Positions 1 to 16,243 of a stretch of 64,000 nucleotides of DNA are shown piece after piece. The notes under the pieces were generated by a model that searched no databases, was not told the origin of the DNA, and saw nothing but the letters and a program-made list of their open reading frames with translations. Origin of the DNA: Piromyces finnis finn (taxonomy: Eukaryota; Fungi; Neocallimastigomycota); assembly GCA_002104945.1 (NCBI GenBank), contig MCFH01000073.1:1-64000 (forward strand), in the 5' to 3' direction. Numbering within the stretch: the stretch's first letter is position 1; every line of letters begins with the position of its first letter. The translations under genes and the position numbers were made by a program.

Positions 1-865
1 CTAATAAATACCAGTATGGAATTGTTGCTATACCGTTTCATTAGGAAATGAATAAACAGTTCAAAATAAATCACAGAGTCAAAATGATCATAAAGTCAAT
101 ATCAAATGGCTATTAGAAAGTTAAAAATAACTCAATTTTCATTAATACATTCATTTATTTTCATTGAATTTTCAAGTTACTTTGAGCTGGAGTTCTCATT
201 GTTTATTATATTTCTCCAGATAAAAAAGACGATTAGTATATGGCAACTCATTATGTTGAAGTTAATAAATATGGTGAAGAAGATCAGTCTAATATGTATG
301 CAAAGTATCATTAAAATCTATTGACTCTCTCAAGGGTAAATCGATATGTAATAAGGTAATATCTTTCCTTTCTGAATATGGTATTCCATATATAAAATTT
401 AAAATATATTAAAACATTTTAATTTAATTTGTGTAACAAAATATAAACATATTATATAATATTTATATATTTATCTAAAACTTTAAGATATTTATTTCTT
501 TAGTTTTATTATGTTATTGAACTTTTTTCATATATGTTTAACTGAGTTGTTTCTATACTATTTATACTCTTAAATTATTATTTATCTTATTATTATATAT
601 GTCTTATGATTTTATCGTATAATATACAAATTATTATAAATATTATAGAAATATATTAATAAGAATTGATTAATAAGTTATAGATCTTATATAAATATTA
701 TTTAAACTTATTATCTATTCTAATAATTACTATATAATAAAAAAAACTTTTTATAGCCATATCCCAATTCAATTTTTTTCCTTCTTTGTACGAAAATATT
801 TAGTATCTTTGTCATATCAATATGACATCGATATTATAATAAAAGGTTTACTACATAAAAATAAT

Positions 866-1282
866 TGATATAAAATAATATGTGACTTGAACATATTATT
901 ACATTAGTAATTTTTCCTAATATTAAATTTATATATTTATTATAATATTAATTATTTCTACAATGTACAAGAATGTAATGTAAATGCATGACAAATGTAA
1001 TATCATGTAATGTAAAAGAATAATGTAAATGAATGATCCATATAGTTTCAGCCTTATAATTGGACAATTAGTTATAAAGTAAGCCTCATTAGTATAAATA
1101 GACTAGAATAAATATTGTTTAAAAAGGGGCTTCTTGTTTTAGTTAGAGTTTTTAATATTTGTCAACGACAAAACGTTTTAGTATTTAGACAGAATAGAAG
1201 TATTGGAACGTAAGAAATAAAATTATTAATAAAATATATTTATTAAAGTTAAATTCTTTCTACATAAAATTAACCCGTATCA
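866..1282 (+). mobile_element. Solo LTR, family R1 (about 417 bp)
   Basis: TGATA...TATCA inverted termini; 4-bp TSD TAAT (862-865 / 1283-1286); near-identical copy at 15828-16243. Confidence 0.8.
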
Positions 1283-1319
1283 TAATCCGTATCATTTCAT
1301 TTTCTCGTGCATATCATAT

Positions 1320-1830
1320 TAATACTGGTTAATTTTATGTAGAAAGAATTTAACTTTAATAATATATGTTTTATTAATAATTTTATTTATTACGTTCTAA
1401 TATTTCTATTCTATCTAAATACTAAAATGTTAATTCTGTTGTTCTTAACTATTAAACCTTTTCTAAACACAAGAAGCCTCCTTAATAATAATTATTCCCT
1501 AGTCCATTTATTCTAATAAGGCTTACTTAATAACTAATTGACCAATTATAAGGCGAGAATTATATGGATTATACATTTACATTATTCTTTTACATTACAT
1601 ATTCTTATATATTCATACATTTACATTACATTCTTATACATTATAGAAATAATTAATATTATAAAACTATATAAATTTATTATTAGGAAAAATTTACTAA
1701 TATGTTCAAGTTATAGTCACATATTGTGAATACATTATAGAAATAATTAATATTATAAAACTATATAAATTTATTATTAGGAAAAATTTACTAATAATAT
1801 GTTCAAGTCATAGTCACATATTGTGAATAG
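1320..1830 (-). mobile_element. Decayed R1 LTR copy in inverted orientation, with about 100 bp duplicated at its end
   Basis: Reverse complement of 866-1282 (e.g. gaccaattataaggc vs gccttataattggac); 1731-1830 repeats roughly 1633-1730. End boundary approximate. Confidence 0.7.
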
Positions 1831-2860
1831 TAATTATTAAATAATTAATGATAATGCTTATAATGCTAAATAGAGTGTTAATCTTCTTCATATTCCTATA
1901 CTGTCCAATGTTATTGTAATATATGTTCCTTTATATGTATCATAAAGATTAAAGTGTCAAATGTGCTTGTTTGATATAAATATCACAAGGTTTAGTTGGA
2001 TTTTAACAATTTTTGTAGGCAACATATAAAGATGTTACCTCTTCTATATACTAAATACAATAATTGTATTTATTTTTGTTTTTATATATGAATATTATGA
2101 AACCTATAATTGTGAAATAACAATAACAAAAATAACAACAACAACAAAAAGAATATTAATGGCTAATAAAAAATTTAAGCTAATTTATATTAATAAATGA
2201 ATCATCATATTAGTATTCTAATGTAGCAAGAAATGAATTATGTTGTAGTGGAACTAAAAAAGAAATGATAATATATTTGCTTGGATTATTTTATATCATA
2301 TAAAAATGTTATGTATTTATTTAGGTTTTTGAATGGATTAAAAGAAAATTTCAATTGTGATAAATTCATTATTAATAAAAGAGGATGTTTAATTAGATAA
2401 AGAAAAATATATTTAAATCAATTAATGGAGGACATAAATAAAAGTTCTGAAATTTATAACCTCGGATAAAGTATTTTAATCAACTTTAAAAAATATTTAA
2501 TTTCTATATAATTATTATTATTAATCTTTTTTTTTTTTTTTTTTTTTTTTTAATATCTTTAATTGATTAAAAACTTTAATTATATGAATAATTTATAATA
2601 AATTCTTTGGCTATGAATAGTTTTAATATTTTATAATTTAGAGAGTTTATAAATATTGGTGTTTCATTTTTTAAATTTTCTTAAAATATATTAAAAAAAA
2701 AAAAAAAAAGAAAGAAAAAAAAAATAGTACCTTTGATATAAAATATTAATAATAAAAAATAAAAATAAAAATATTTATATATAAATATGTTATTTTCATT
2801 GCTAATTCAGTTTTTTTTTTTTTTTTTATATAAAAAAAATATATTAGGAAAATTTAAAAA

Positions 2861-3622
2861 ATGAATTTTAAATTAATTTTAGCATTAGTTAGTATGAACA
2901 TACTTTTATGTTCATCTGCTCCTCGTGGTAATATTAAAAAACAACATAATAGTAAAAATGAAAAGTATGAAATATCAAAAGAAGAAACAATATACGAAAC
3001 AGTATTTGAAACCCTCACTGTTTCAGTTCCAGCTTCAGCAATTTTTATTGAAAATCAAACACCAGCTATTTATGAAGGAGATGAATTAGTTTATTTACCA
3101 GATGATGCTTTTGAAGGTGTAGAATATATACTTGAAAAAAAATTGGGCGAATATTTAGAAAAAGAAATATTAGAGCCTGAAACTATCACGCCAACACCTG
3201 AAATACTTAATAATGAAAATAATGAATCTAAAGAAACAGCTACCCATGATTATGCTAAATTTAATACTTTAAATATAGAAATTGAAACCGAAGCTGTGGA
3301 GCAAGAAGAAGATAATACTGAAAACGAAGAAACTTCAAATATAGGTGAAGAAGTAACAAGTACAGGAGGGGAGGAAGAAACAGGAGAAAATGATGAAGAC
3401 ACTGAAGAAAGTGATGAAGTGATAGAAGAAAGTGATGAAGTGACAGAAGAAAATGAAGAAACTGATGAAGAAACCGAAGAGAGCGATGAAACTGAAAACT
3501 TGGAACTTGAAAATGATGATGAAGAAAATTATGCTGAAGAAGTTAATGATGATAATGATGATAATGAAGAAGAAAAAGAAGATAGTGAAACCACTGAAGA
3601 AGAAGATACTGAAGAAAAATAA
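2861..3622 (+). CDS. Secreted, strongly acidic (Glu/Asp-rich) low-complexity protein, 253 aa
   Basis: ATG-initiated uninterrupted ORF; hydrophobic N-terminus MNFKLILALVSMNILLCSS resembles a signal peptide; E/D/T-rich C-terminal half. Confidence 0.65.
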   Translation: MNFKLILALVSMNILLCSSAPRGNIKKQHNSKNEKYEISKEETIYETVFETLTVSVPASAIFIENQTPAIYEGDELVYLPDDAFEGVEYILEKKLGEYLEKEILEPETITPTPEILNNENNESKETATHDYAKFNTLNIEIETEAVEQEEDNTENEETSNIGEEVTSTGGEEETGENDEDTEESDEVIEESDEVTEENEETDEETEESDETENLELENDDEENYAEEVNDDNDDNEEEKEDSETTEEEDTEEK

Positions 3623-5509
3623 ACTAAAATATTTTTTTGATTATTAATAAAAAAAAATATCTTATATTCAATTTTAATTGTAATATCAAAATTTGATATG
3701 TATTAATTAGATCATAATTAATATAGCAATGTAATGAATGTATATATATATTAAGAATTAAATAAAAATAAAAAAATAAAAGGAATACATCATATTAAAG
3801 TATAACGTGTATAAAAAAATCAATCATAACAAAGACAAAACTGGAGTCAAGTCTGAAACTATTTTAATACTTAAATACATACGGCTAATACAAGCAATTC
3901 CTAAATTTAAGTAGGATTATTGAAGCTAATAAACAATAAATACTACATACAATCCATATTTAGAAAAATATTGCTAATACTGTTCATTATTAGCTTTTGA
4001 TGATGCGAAGTGTCTTATTAAACTCGTCAAGAAAGGATAAATGCTGGAGCGGGTGCCTGACACAAGGTTTTTTTTTGATAAAGTTCTTTACTTCAAATTT
4101 AATATTAGTTTGTAAAAGTTACTTTCCCAATAATATTTTGAGTTTACCTTTATATGAGTTTTATTTGTTAATTTACGTGTCTTTGTCCAAAATAGGGTGA
4201 CATTGTTAGAATATTATTAACTATATGGACAATAATACAAGTGTTATTTTTTTCTTTTTTTTTTTTTTTCATTTATTGAAACAATGTATTGGAGCAATGA
4301 ATTGACTACAATGCTAATTTTACTATTCATTTTCGAAATGTTTCAATTCTAAGGATTCATCAAATAGTATTCTAAGGTAAGTATATTGAACTATTCATTC
4401 AAATGTCTTTTTTTTTTTTTTTTTTTTTTAGACTAGGAAGAGAATACGCATGTATTTATTTATGATTTAACGTGATATTAGGTTATAGTACATATTGATA
4501 CTTGATAGTTATGATACTAATATAAGAAATAATAAATAATAAAATATTTATAAAGATATAAATATAAAATAAAATATAATTATTATTTATTAAAGTTAAA
4601 TAAAAGTCTAATGAACTCTGCATGTTGTACTGTGTGGGATTGATCCCTATCTAATATATTAAATGAAAAAAGAAAACATCAGTTATGATAGTATCCACTA
4701 AAATACCTCATGAGTTAATAATGTTTTCATTTGAAGATATACTAACATTCTCTTTGTACAGAACATTAGGAATGTTCCTTTGCTATATGTCTGCATTCTT
4801 GATTACATTAGTTGTCTTACCCTATCAAAGTGTAGCTTTATAGAACTACCTTATCAATTAGTAGTGCGTCATAATCCAAGATTCCATCAAGAAAGAACTA
4901 GAGGAATTAAATATTAATTATAAAATTAACATCTATAAATAAATATAAATATTTTAATAATTTTTGTAAAATATACTTTTTATATTATATTTTTTAAATC
5001 CTTTTAAAATACCTAAAAAAAAAAAATAAAAATAAAAATATAAATTAAACACTAAATATATTGTAAAAGAATAAGCTTTAGTTTTTTTTTTTTTATTATT
5101 ATTTTTTATTATAATAATTTTTATTATAGTTAATTTATACAAATTATAATTATTTAAATATTTTGTATATGTGCTTATTTTATTTGTTTATTTTTAATTA
5201 ATAGATTATGTTTTTTTTTTAATTTTTTTTTTTTTTGCGTAAATTTTGATTATTTTTCTTTTATAATGTCATTTCTTTTTGATTATTAATAAAGTTTTAT
5301 GTATAATGAAAAAGATATGATTGTATTTCGTTTTTATTTTATTTGTTTTTTTTTAACTTTTCTTTTTTTTTTTTCTCTTGTTATAAATAGAATAAAATAT
5401 ATATTTTAATTTTTCTTCTCAATTTCGATTTTTTTTTCTTTTTATTCTAAAATTTTTCCAATATATATTTTTTTCTATTTCTTTTTAATTTCATGTTGTT
5501 TTTATTAAT

Positions 5510-7470
<1,961 letters not shown>

Positions 7471-10206
7471 TATGATTGTTAATAATTAATTATAAATTAA
7501 TAAAAGTTTATAATAACAAAAAGAAAAGTTTTCACAATTATTTTGTTTAAAGAAAAAAAAAAAAAAAAAAAAAAAAAGACAGAAATGATTATATATATTT
7601 TATATATAATATATTATAATATATATAATATATATGATGAATTATTTTTTTATATAAAGTTTTTTTTAATTAAATATATTTTAATATAATTCATTATTTA
7701 ACTTTTCAGTTTGATTCTACATACACACCATCTTTTTTTTTTTTTAATTCCGTTTTTTATTTTATGTCATACTATTTATAATATATTTATTATATATTAA
7801 TAATATATTATTTAATAATTTTTTTTAGTATTATAAAGTGTATAATCCCTAAATAAATAAAATAAATTAACTTTTTAATATAAAGAATATAAAATATATT
7901 TTACCATATTTATATTTATATTTAATAATTAATATTAAATTAAATCACATCACATGATTCATCCACGACACAGAAATTATAAAATGTAATAATATATAAT
8001 GTACAATGTAATGAAATATAGTAATAAATAATAATATATCTGTTTAATACATAATAATGTAAAATGTAATGGAATGTAAATGTGATTGCTATTTTTTTAA
8101 AAAAAAAAGATCATCTTTTTAAAAACCATCAAAAAGATGAATGTCAAATTTAACATAAAATTTATTATTCAACTTTTATATTCATAATAAAGTTATATAT
8201 ATATATATATAAAAAGATATTTAATGAAGATGATTTATTTTATTAGAATAAAGAGATCATCTTTATTCTAATAAAAAAAAAAATTGAATGAGAGTTAACA
8301 CAACTTTTTTTTTTATAATCCTTAAAAAAATATTTATTTTCATTTGTTACTTTCTTTATATAAAATTATTTTTTAACATTTATTATGATCATTAAAAAAG
8401 AGTGGACTATTTCTTAGTATGTAACATTATTGTTATAATAATAATAGTAATAGTAGTGGTTAATATTTCTACTGCTGTTGCTATTATTAATATTATTATT
8501 ATTTGAATACTTCTTTTGCCTTCTCTTTTATTTTATCTTATTTTATTATTAAATTGATGAATATCTTTTATTTTTATATAAAATTTCTTATACATATAAA
8601 AAAAAAAAAGAAAAAATAAACTTCTATTTATACATAAGTAAATAAATAAAAAATGAAAGAGATAATGAATTCTAGGGATAATAAATAATAAAAAAAAGTT
8701 ATCTTTTATTATAAATTTATCTTTTTTTATTATCCCAATAATAATAGGAAATGATAATTCTTTTGTTATATTTTATTAGTATAGAATATCAATTACATTA
8801 TAAATTATATTACATTATTAATTAATTACATTTTAACTACATTATTTCATTTTTTATTAAAAATATGAGATGAAACAAAACCCAATAAGATTTAATCTAA
8901 AAAAAAGATAATCTATAAAATTATTTTTGATGAGATGAACTTTTACTTTTTTTTTTAATTATTAAAGCTTTTTTTTTAATAATAAAACATAAAAATAAAC
9001 AATTTATTATGAAAAGAAGGAATGAAAAGGATCTTACTATGTACCTTTAATAATTAAAGAATTGTTTTTTTTTTACTTTATAACTATAAATTAGTATAAA
9101 ATACATGACTATTTATGTGGCTATTTTATAAAATAGTTTTAATGTAATAAAATTCTTTACCATAAAAATCAAATGTAATATTACGCTTATGGCGTATAAT
9201 ATTAACGTAATTATATTCAATAAAAAAAATTTATTTAAAAAGTGGATGATTTATATTAAAAAGATAGTTGAAATTTGATAAGGAATTTTTGATAAGTAAA
9301 TTGATATTTGATATTAAAGTTTGAAATTTGACATGTTATAATATATTACAATATATTATAATATATTGTAAATGAATTAATTTATCCTATCAAAATATTA
9401 AAATTATAAAAATTTCAATGTAGTACAATACAACAATTATGTACAAAAATGTACAATCTTATTATTAAATATGAATTACAGTTTTTATGGAAGAACAAAT
9501 TAAAGGTAGAAAAGGGTAACTGTAACAATTTCCTCAAAAAAACAAAATATTATGATATATAAAAAAACTATTATAATAAAAGATACAGAATCTGTGTTAA
9601 TAAATAAAAATTATATAGATATATATAAAAATAACTGAACCACCACTAAAATATATTTAAAAAAAATTCATTATTATAAGTAAAAAAAAAAAGTTTAATA
9701 TTTTATGTAATAGTTGTTTATTTTATTTATTAACCATAACAAAAAGAAGAGTATTGTTATTATCAACTATATTAATTAATCTAATAAAGTATTTAAAAAA
9801 AAAAAAGCTTTAAAAATATTATAATTAATAAATAATCAAAAATAAAATAAAAATTATCTATTTTGATGTGTTAATTATAGGGTAAAACTAAGAAAGAATA
9901 TAATTATTAGAATTTACCTTTGAATGAATTTTTTTTTTTTTTTTAACAAAAAAGAAACATTAAATTTTTACAATAAAACATTTAATATAAAAAAAATAAA
10001 ATATAAATAATAAAAATATTCTTTTATTAAATCCTCTTTTTTAAAAAAATTATCAATCATGCTGGTTTTTAATTTTGAAAAAGATGTACATACTTACATT
10101 TTTACCTATATTTTTATATAATTGTATTTTACCTAATTATATTTAATTATATCTCAATGAAAAATTAAAAAAATAGACAAAATTAATCTATCTTTAAAAT
10201 ATACTT

Positions 10207-10489
10207 TTAATTCAATTTGAATAATTTTCTAATTGAATACAGTTTATATATAATTTTTTTTATTAATCCATTATAAATTGGAATTTCATTAACATTATAA
10301 GTGTATTCACCAACAGTTTTAGTATTTTCGCTGATTGAGCTAGGATCAAAATACTTATTTACATTAATTTTAATATTTGTAGAAGTTCCGGGATATTTTG
10401 CAATTTTCCCGTCATCATCGGTTGATGATAATACATCCAAGGCAATTTCTTCATTGGAATGATTAACAAAACATTCACAAAATGTTTGG
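10207..10489 (-). other. Possible isolated exon or coding relic of an unknown protein
   Basis: About 90 open codons (FCECFVNHSNEEIALDVLSSTDDDGK...) after a possible TTTTAG acceptor; no recognisable domain and no partner exons found. Confidence 0.25.
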
Positions 10490-10766
10490 CTAAAAATATT
10501 AAAATTATAATAATTTCATATTATATGAATAAATATTATATATTATATATATATATAAATAATATATATTTTTTTAATAAATTTTTAATTTAAAAGTAAT
10601 AAATCATTTTTAATAAATAAAATGAATTTTTATTTTTTTATTTCTTATATATATAAATAAGAAAAATAAAAAAAAAAATTAATTTATTCATATTTTATTT
10701 AATGTGTATTATAAACAAATAACAATGGCTGAATATATAAATAAGACTAAGATATTTTAAGAAGAA

Positions 10767-12200
10767 TTGAATAATGAATGCAATTCTGATAAATTACTAA
10801 AAATAGCTAGAAAGGGAATATTTTTGGATGAACCACTTTTTAATAATGATAAATTAAAAAACTATAAAAATGTAATTGAAATTAGCATATTAAGTGGACA
10901 GTTTTATATGATTAATACAGAGGAACAATATGAATATTTATGTAAAGAGGTTTCAGAAATAAATCCTAAAGGAATGATACAAAAATATAATAAATATTTA
11001 TTGCCAGAATATTTTGATAATAGTTTTCTTCAACAAGTTGTTAATTTAATAGTAATTAATAAAATTTTTATAGATAAATATAAAAGTGATTTTCATAATA
11101 TAAAGAAAACATTTTTGAATAGAGTATCACCACATTTAATTATGTTAAATTTATATAAGTATATATCGGCAAATGTATTAAATTTATTTTTTAATAGCAA
11201 ATGGTTTAAAACAGCTTTATATAATTTTGAAATACAAGAGTACTTTTATTTCATTAATAAAAATTTAAATAATTATAATAATGAATTAATTTTAAAAGAA
11301 GATAAATTATATTATATAATTAATTATTCATGTATGGATATAAATATTTTGAATTACTGTTGTGAAATGATTAATAAATTAAATATAGAAATAGAAATAG
11401 ATTATTACAATTGTAGAGTACCATTAGTTTATTCTTTTAAAGTATTGAAGAAATATACAAACATGTTATATAAACCAAATATATTTTATGTTAGTTGTAA
11501 TGATAGTTATGTTAAAGTCTTTATTAATACTATATTTACCGATAGAGTATTAAAAAGTGTAAATAGATTAAAATGGTATATTGTTTGCTCAGAAAATCAA
11601 TTAAAAAAGTATAATATTGATGTATTAAAAGGCTATAATTTTAAAATACATGAAAAAAAAGGTATAATAAATAATATGGATCACGAAAAACCTATAAAAT
11701 TCAATAATTATTTAAGTACTTATGATAAAATTAATCCTGTTAAAAACATTGTTAAACATTTTGAACCTTACTTTACAGGAAATTTATATAATTTTGCGAT
11801 TTTTGATTTTTTTGAATATTATGAAAATGATATAGTTAGGTGATATAAATAATCTAAACTTTATAAAAAGGTATTTAAGTGATTATAGTACAATTGATGA
11901 AATATTAAAAAATCATGAATATATATTTACTTTAGATTTAAGTACAGATAATATTACTGAATATTTAGTAATTAAAATTACATACACAATATCATTAATT
12001 CATATTCTTATTGAAATATCATTTATTGAACATGAATTTGTTGAGTTATTACAAAATCAAAATCAAAAACCATGTGGTATTAAAGTAACAATGTATAACT
12101 ATGACGATTATGATGGAGGATATACTCCTGTGGAATCTTTATATAATATTTTGAAAAATACTCCACATCCAATTTTTAATAATTATATATATTAAAATGA
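10767..12200 (+). pseudogene. Intronless unknown protein; 358-codon ORF (no ATG at the called start) continuing in frameshifted pieces
   Basis: Long ORF 10767-11843. Coding-like frames continue past the stop (DINNLNFIKRYLSDYSTIDEILK...; ...YDDYDGGYTPVESLYNILKNTPHPIF). No family recognised. Confidence 0.5.
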
Positions 12201-12469
12201 TATTAAAATAATTATAAAAATTTTTATTTATTAGGTTGTAATATCTAATATTTAAAATAATTTAATATAAGTATCATTGTTAAAAATCTCTAGTTTTTCT
12301 AATATTACATTGTGATTAATTACAGTTTATTTGTTAATTTATGACTAATTTTAAATTTTTATATATTTTTAAAAGAAGAAATTTTATAAAATGTTTTTTT
12401 TTTTTTTCATTAATAATATCAAATTATCAAATTATTAATTATAAAGTAATATTTCAAAAGTATTATTAG

Positions 12470-15213
12470 ATGAACCAGTTGTTAGTAACGCTAGTAATTT
12501 TAATATTTTTTGCAAATAATATTTTTGCAAAGACAGATAAAAAAGAGTTTTGTTTGAACAACTATAATGGTATCACAAAAATAGTCGATCCCTTTTATAT
12601 TAACTCTAAAAACAAAACGATTTATTTTGATACTATTGAAAAGTATTCGAAATACATTGGACCTACATGGTTTGGCGTAGCCTATTGTGGTTATAATACT
12701 ATTGTTAATAATGTAGGACATTATTTTAAATATATTGGAGATGATGTTAATCAATCAATAGATACTATATCAACGGAAATAAGCGATAGATCAGATGAAG
12801 CGAAAACTGAAGGAGTATTTGAAGAAGATGATATGTACAACAATGATGAAAATGAAGTTTTTATTGTTAATAAAGTAAGTTCAAAGAAGCAATTTAAAGT
12901 TAAAAGGTATATGAATTTTGTTAAGTGAAATAATAATGATAATAATAATAATGATAATGGTAATAATGATAATGGTAATAATGATAATGGTAATGACAAT
13001 AAAAATTTTTTGAATCTACATACCAAAGAAGAATTTACAAATTATTATAGTAATCTTTATGATAAGTTGATAGATCCTGAAAAGCCATTAAAATGTGTTC
13101 CATTGAATAGTGTTAACCCAGCTTACAGTCCCTATCATCCTCTAATGATTAAAACAACCAATAGAGAAAGAGCAAACATTATAAATAATATGGGTACTGT
13201 GTATGGAGGTAATAGTAATAAAATAATGGAATTTTTTAAAGATAGTAAAGATATACAACCATGTGGAACTGTTATGAAGATGAGGGATTCATCTATTTCG
13301 TGTAGTGTTCGAGTTTCAAATACAATTGATGAAAGTGTAACTATTACAGACAGCAATGGAAAAACTTATCATCAAGCATATGGAGTTGTTTATAGTGATA
13401 TTAATTTATTTTCTGATGATATTAATACAGTTTTAGAATTGTCAGTATCTTCGACAGAGAGTAAGTCACTTTCATATTCCGAATCCGATACGGTTTCTAA
13501 ATCAGCTGAAAGAGTGCTTTCATATACAAAATCTAAAGGAAATTCAGTTACAGATTCAAGGGAACATACACACTGACACTCGCGAGAGTTCTTATGCTTA
13601 TACAGAAAGTGAAGAACATTCTCATGCAAGAAATGATGGTCATGAAATTGTTGATGAGACCAATTAGAGTAAAAGTGAGGAAGTATCACATATCGAAGAA
13701 TATAATCGAATGGATAAGAAAGATTATGAAAATGCCAAATCAAAACTAAAAAGAAATGATGTATTATCATTATGCAAACGTATGAATGCTTGTATTCCTT
13801 GTGATGTTGTTGATACCGTTACAAATGTAGTTGGTACTGCTGCTAATATAGGCTTGCAAATACAATCTAATAATTTACAAAAAGAGTCTAATGATATAGC
13901 CAGAAATTCTACAGAAGCTGCTTAAATAGCTAATGATATCGCTAGAAACTCCACAGAAGCTGCTTTTATTGCTAATAATATAGCAAGTGATGCCAACGAG
14001 ATTGCAAAAGACGCTAATGCTGCTTCATGGAAGGCAAATAATTTAACGTTACAGTCGATAGAATCTCAAGGAAAGACAGAGAATTGCAAAGAGAACCTAA
14101 TGAACTTAATACACAACAATAACTTGCTATTGCATTTGCAGGTATAAGAACTACAAGTGATAGTTATAGTACGGTTAAAAGTGAAGGTGAAAGTCATAGT
14201 CAGTCTGAAAATTGGTCTGATACCTATACTGATTCTACAGGTATTAACAACACCTGGACTACATCTGACGGATATTCCGATTCCCATACTCAAGGTCATT
14301 CGGAAACTACTACTGAAGAAAGTACTCGATCTGATTCTTTCACATTTATTAACACATACATTTACTAAAGATAAAGGTTGGAGTTTTGAGTCTTCTAATA
14401 CTAATTCAGCATCTAATAGTTATTCTTACGGTAAATCAAATACAATATCCCATACAAATGATATTTCCACAGATCAGTCTATTGAAGTATCGGCTGAGAG
14501 ATTATATCAGAAATCAGTTTCAAGATCTAACACAAAAGAACATAACAAAACTCTCGAATTCCATATTCCAGATAATGATTGTTACAATCTAACGCCTGTT
14601 CCTTTATTTAGATCAGAAGTAAATATTTGGGGTTACTAATAGTAACGGTGTACCATATTGTATTTATTACAGCGATACATTGCGTATAGAAGAGTGTAAA
14701 AATTCTAAAGATTATAAAAATTTCAATTGGAAAAAATATAATAACGGCTATTTTACTGAAACTTCCACTAAGACTAAATTACGAACTTCTACTAAATATC
14801 TTACCAAGAGCACAGTAGTATCAACCATATTAACTTCAACGATAACTTCAATTATATTACCTACTTTTTCACCAACTACGTCTACTACAACTAATATAAG
14901 TAGTATTACTACTAAGGATATAAATCCTACACAATCCATTGATTTACAATTTATTCCATTAACCTTTAAAGGTATACAAAATGGAAATTCAAGTATTTTC
15001 TTAAGTGTTCCAAAATTAGGAACAGATGAAGCTTTTGATATGAAAATATTTGACAGTTATTACTATACATGGTTTGTTACTTCAACTCCAATTACACTGG
15101 ATAATTTTAAAGGTGAGTGCTTAAAAATACAAAATGAAAAATGTCAAAAGTTTTATGAGGATCCATTTCAAATTTATTATTTTATATTATATTTGCTAAT
15201 ATATTTTTTTTAA
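12470..15213 (+). pseudogene. Disrupted large secreted Ser/Thr-rich protein, tentatively aerolysin/ETX-MTX2-like
   Basis: Signal-peptide-like start; in-frame TGA at 12926 followed by an in-frame Asn-rich linker into ORF 13010. Further stops and frameshifts; alternating S/T strand-like tracts, ANDIARNSTEAA repeats and a Thr-rich linker. The family call is inference. Confidence 0.6.
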
Positions 15214-15827
15214 AAAAAAAACTTTTAATTTTATTTATTATAGATATAAAATATTTATTTACATATGTATAATTTCTTTTAAAATTAATCTTTTTGATAT
15301 TATTTTAGTATACATATTTTTAATTAAATAACAAATAAATAAAAAAATTTTTTTAAAAAAAAAAGAAAAGGAAAAAGAAGATTAAAATATTTTTAAAAAA
15401 TAAAAATACGATCTAAAAAAACCTTTTATATAATAGTATTTTATTATTATATTGTTTTATTAGATAATTAAAATATAATTAGCTATTCATAATTTTTAAT
15501 AATTTTAATAATTTTGTTATATTATAATTACATAATGAACAAGTATAATATATAATATATATTTATTTGATAGAAAAAAAATTATATAATATTATATGAT
15601 TATAATTATTATTAATAAGATTAAAACATATTAATATTATAAAGTTTTTAAATAATTGATCTAAATACTAATTTTTAGTATATTTAATCTTTTTATATAT
15701 TTTAATTATTTAGTAAAAAAGTACCATAGCTATAAAATAGTAAATTTTTATTCTATTTAAAATTCATAGAAAATCAATAATAATAAAGATAATGAAATCA
15801 AAAAAATATTATTGATCTTAAAAGAAA

Positions 15828-16243
15828 TGATATAAAAATAATATGTGACTTGAACATATTATTACATTAGTAATTTTTCCTAATATTAAATTTATATAGT
15901 TTTATTATAATATTAATTGTTTCTACAATGCACAAGAATGTAATGTAAATGTATGACAAATGTAATATCATGTAATGTAAAAGAATAAATGAATGATCCA
16001 TATAGTTCCAGCCTTATAATTGGACAATTAGTTATAAAATAAGCCTCATTAGTATAAATAGACTAGAATAAATATTGTTTAAAAAGGGGCTTCTTGTTTT
16101 AGTTAGAATTTTAATATTTGACAACGACAGAACGTTTTAGTATTTAGACAGAATAGAAATATTGGAACGTAATAAATAAAGTTATTAATAAAACATATAT
16201 TATTTAAAGTTTTATTCCTTCTACATAAAATTAACCTGTATCA
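15828..16243 (+). mobile_element. Solo LTR, family R1
   Basis: TGATA...TATCA termini; exact 4-bp TSD GAAA (15824-15827 / 16244-16247); homologous to 866-1282. Confidence 0.85.

Noticed and set aside
3453-3647. Short alternative-frame or antisense ORFs of M/K/I/F-rich type (also 36693-36896, 62561-62779, 4954-5142, 60473-60757 and similar)
   Set aside because: They are shadows of real genes or translations of microsatellite and poly(A/T) sequence.
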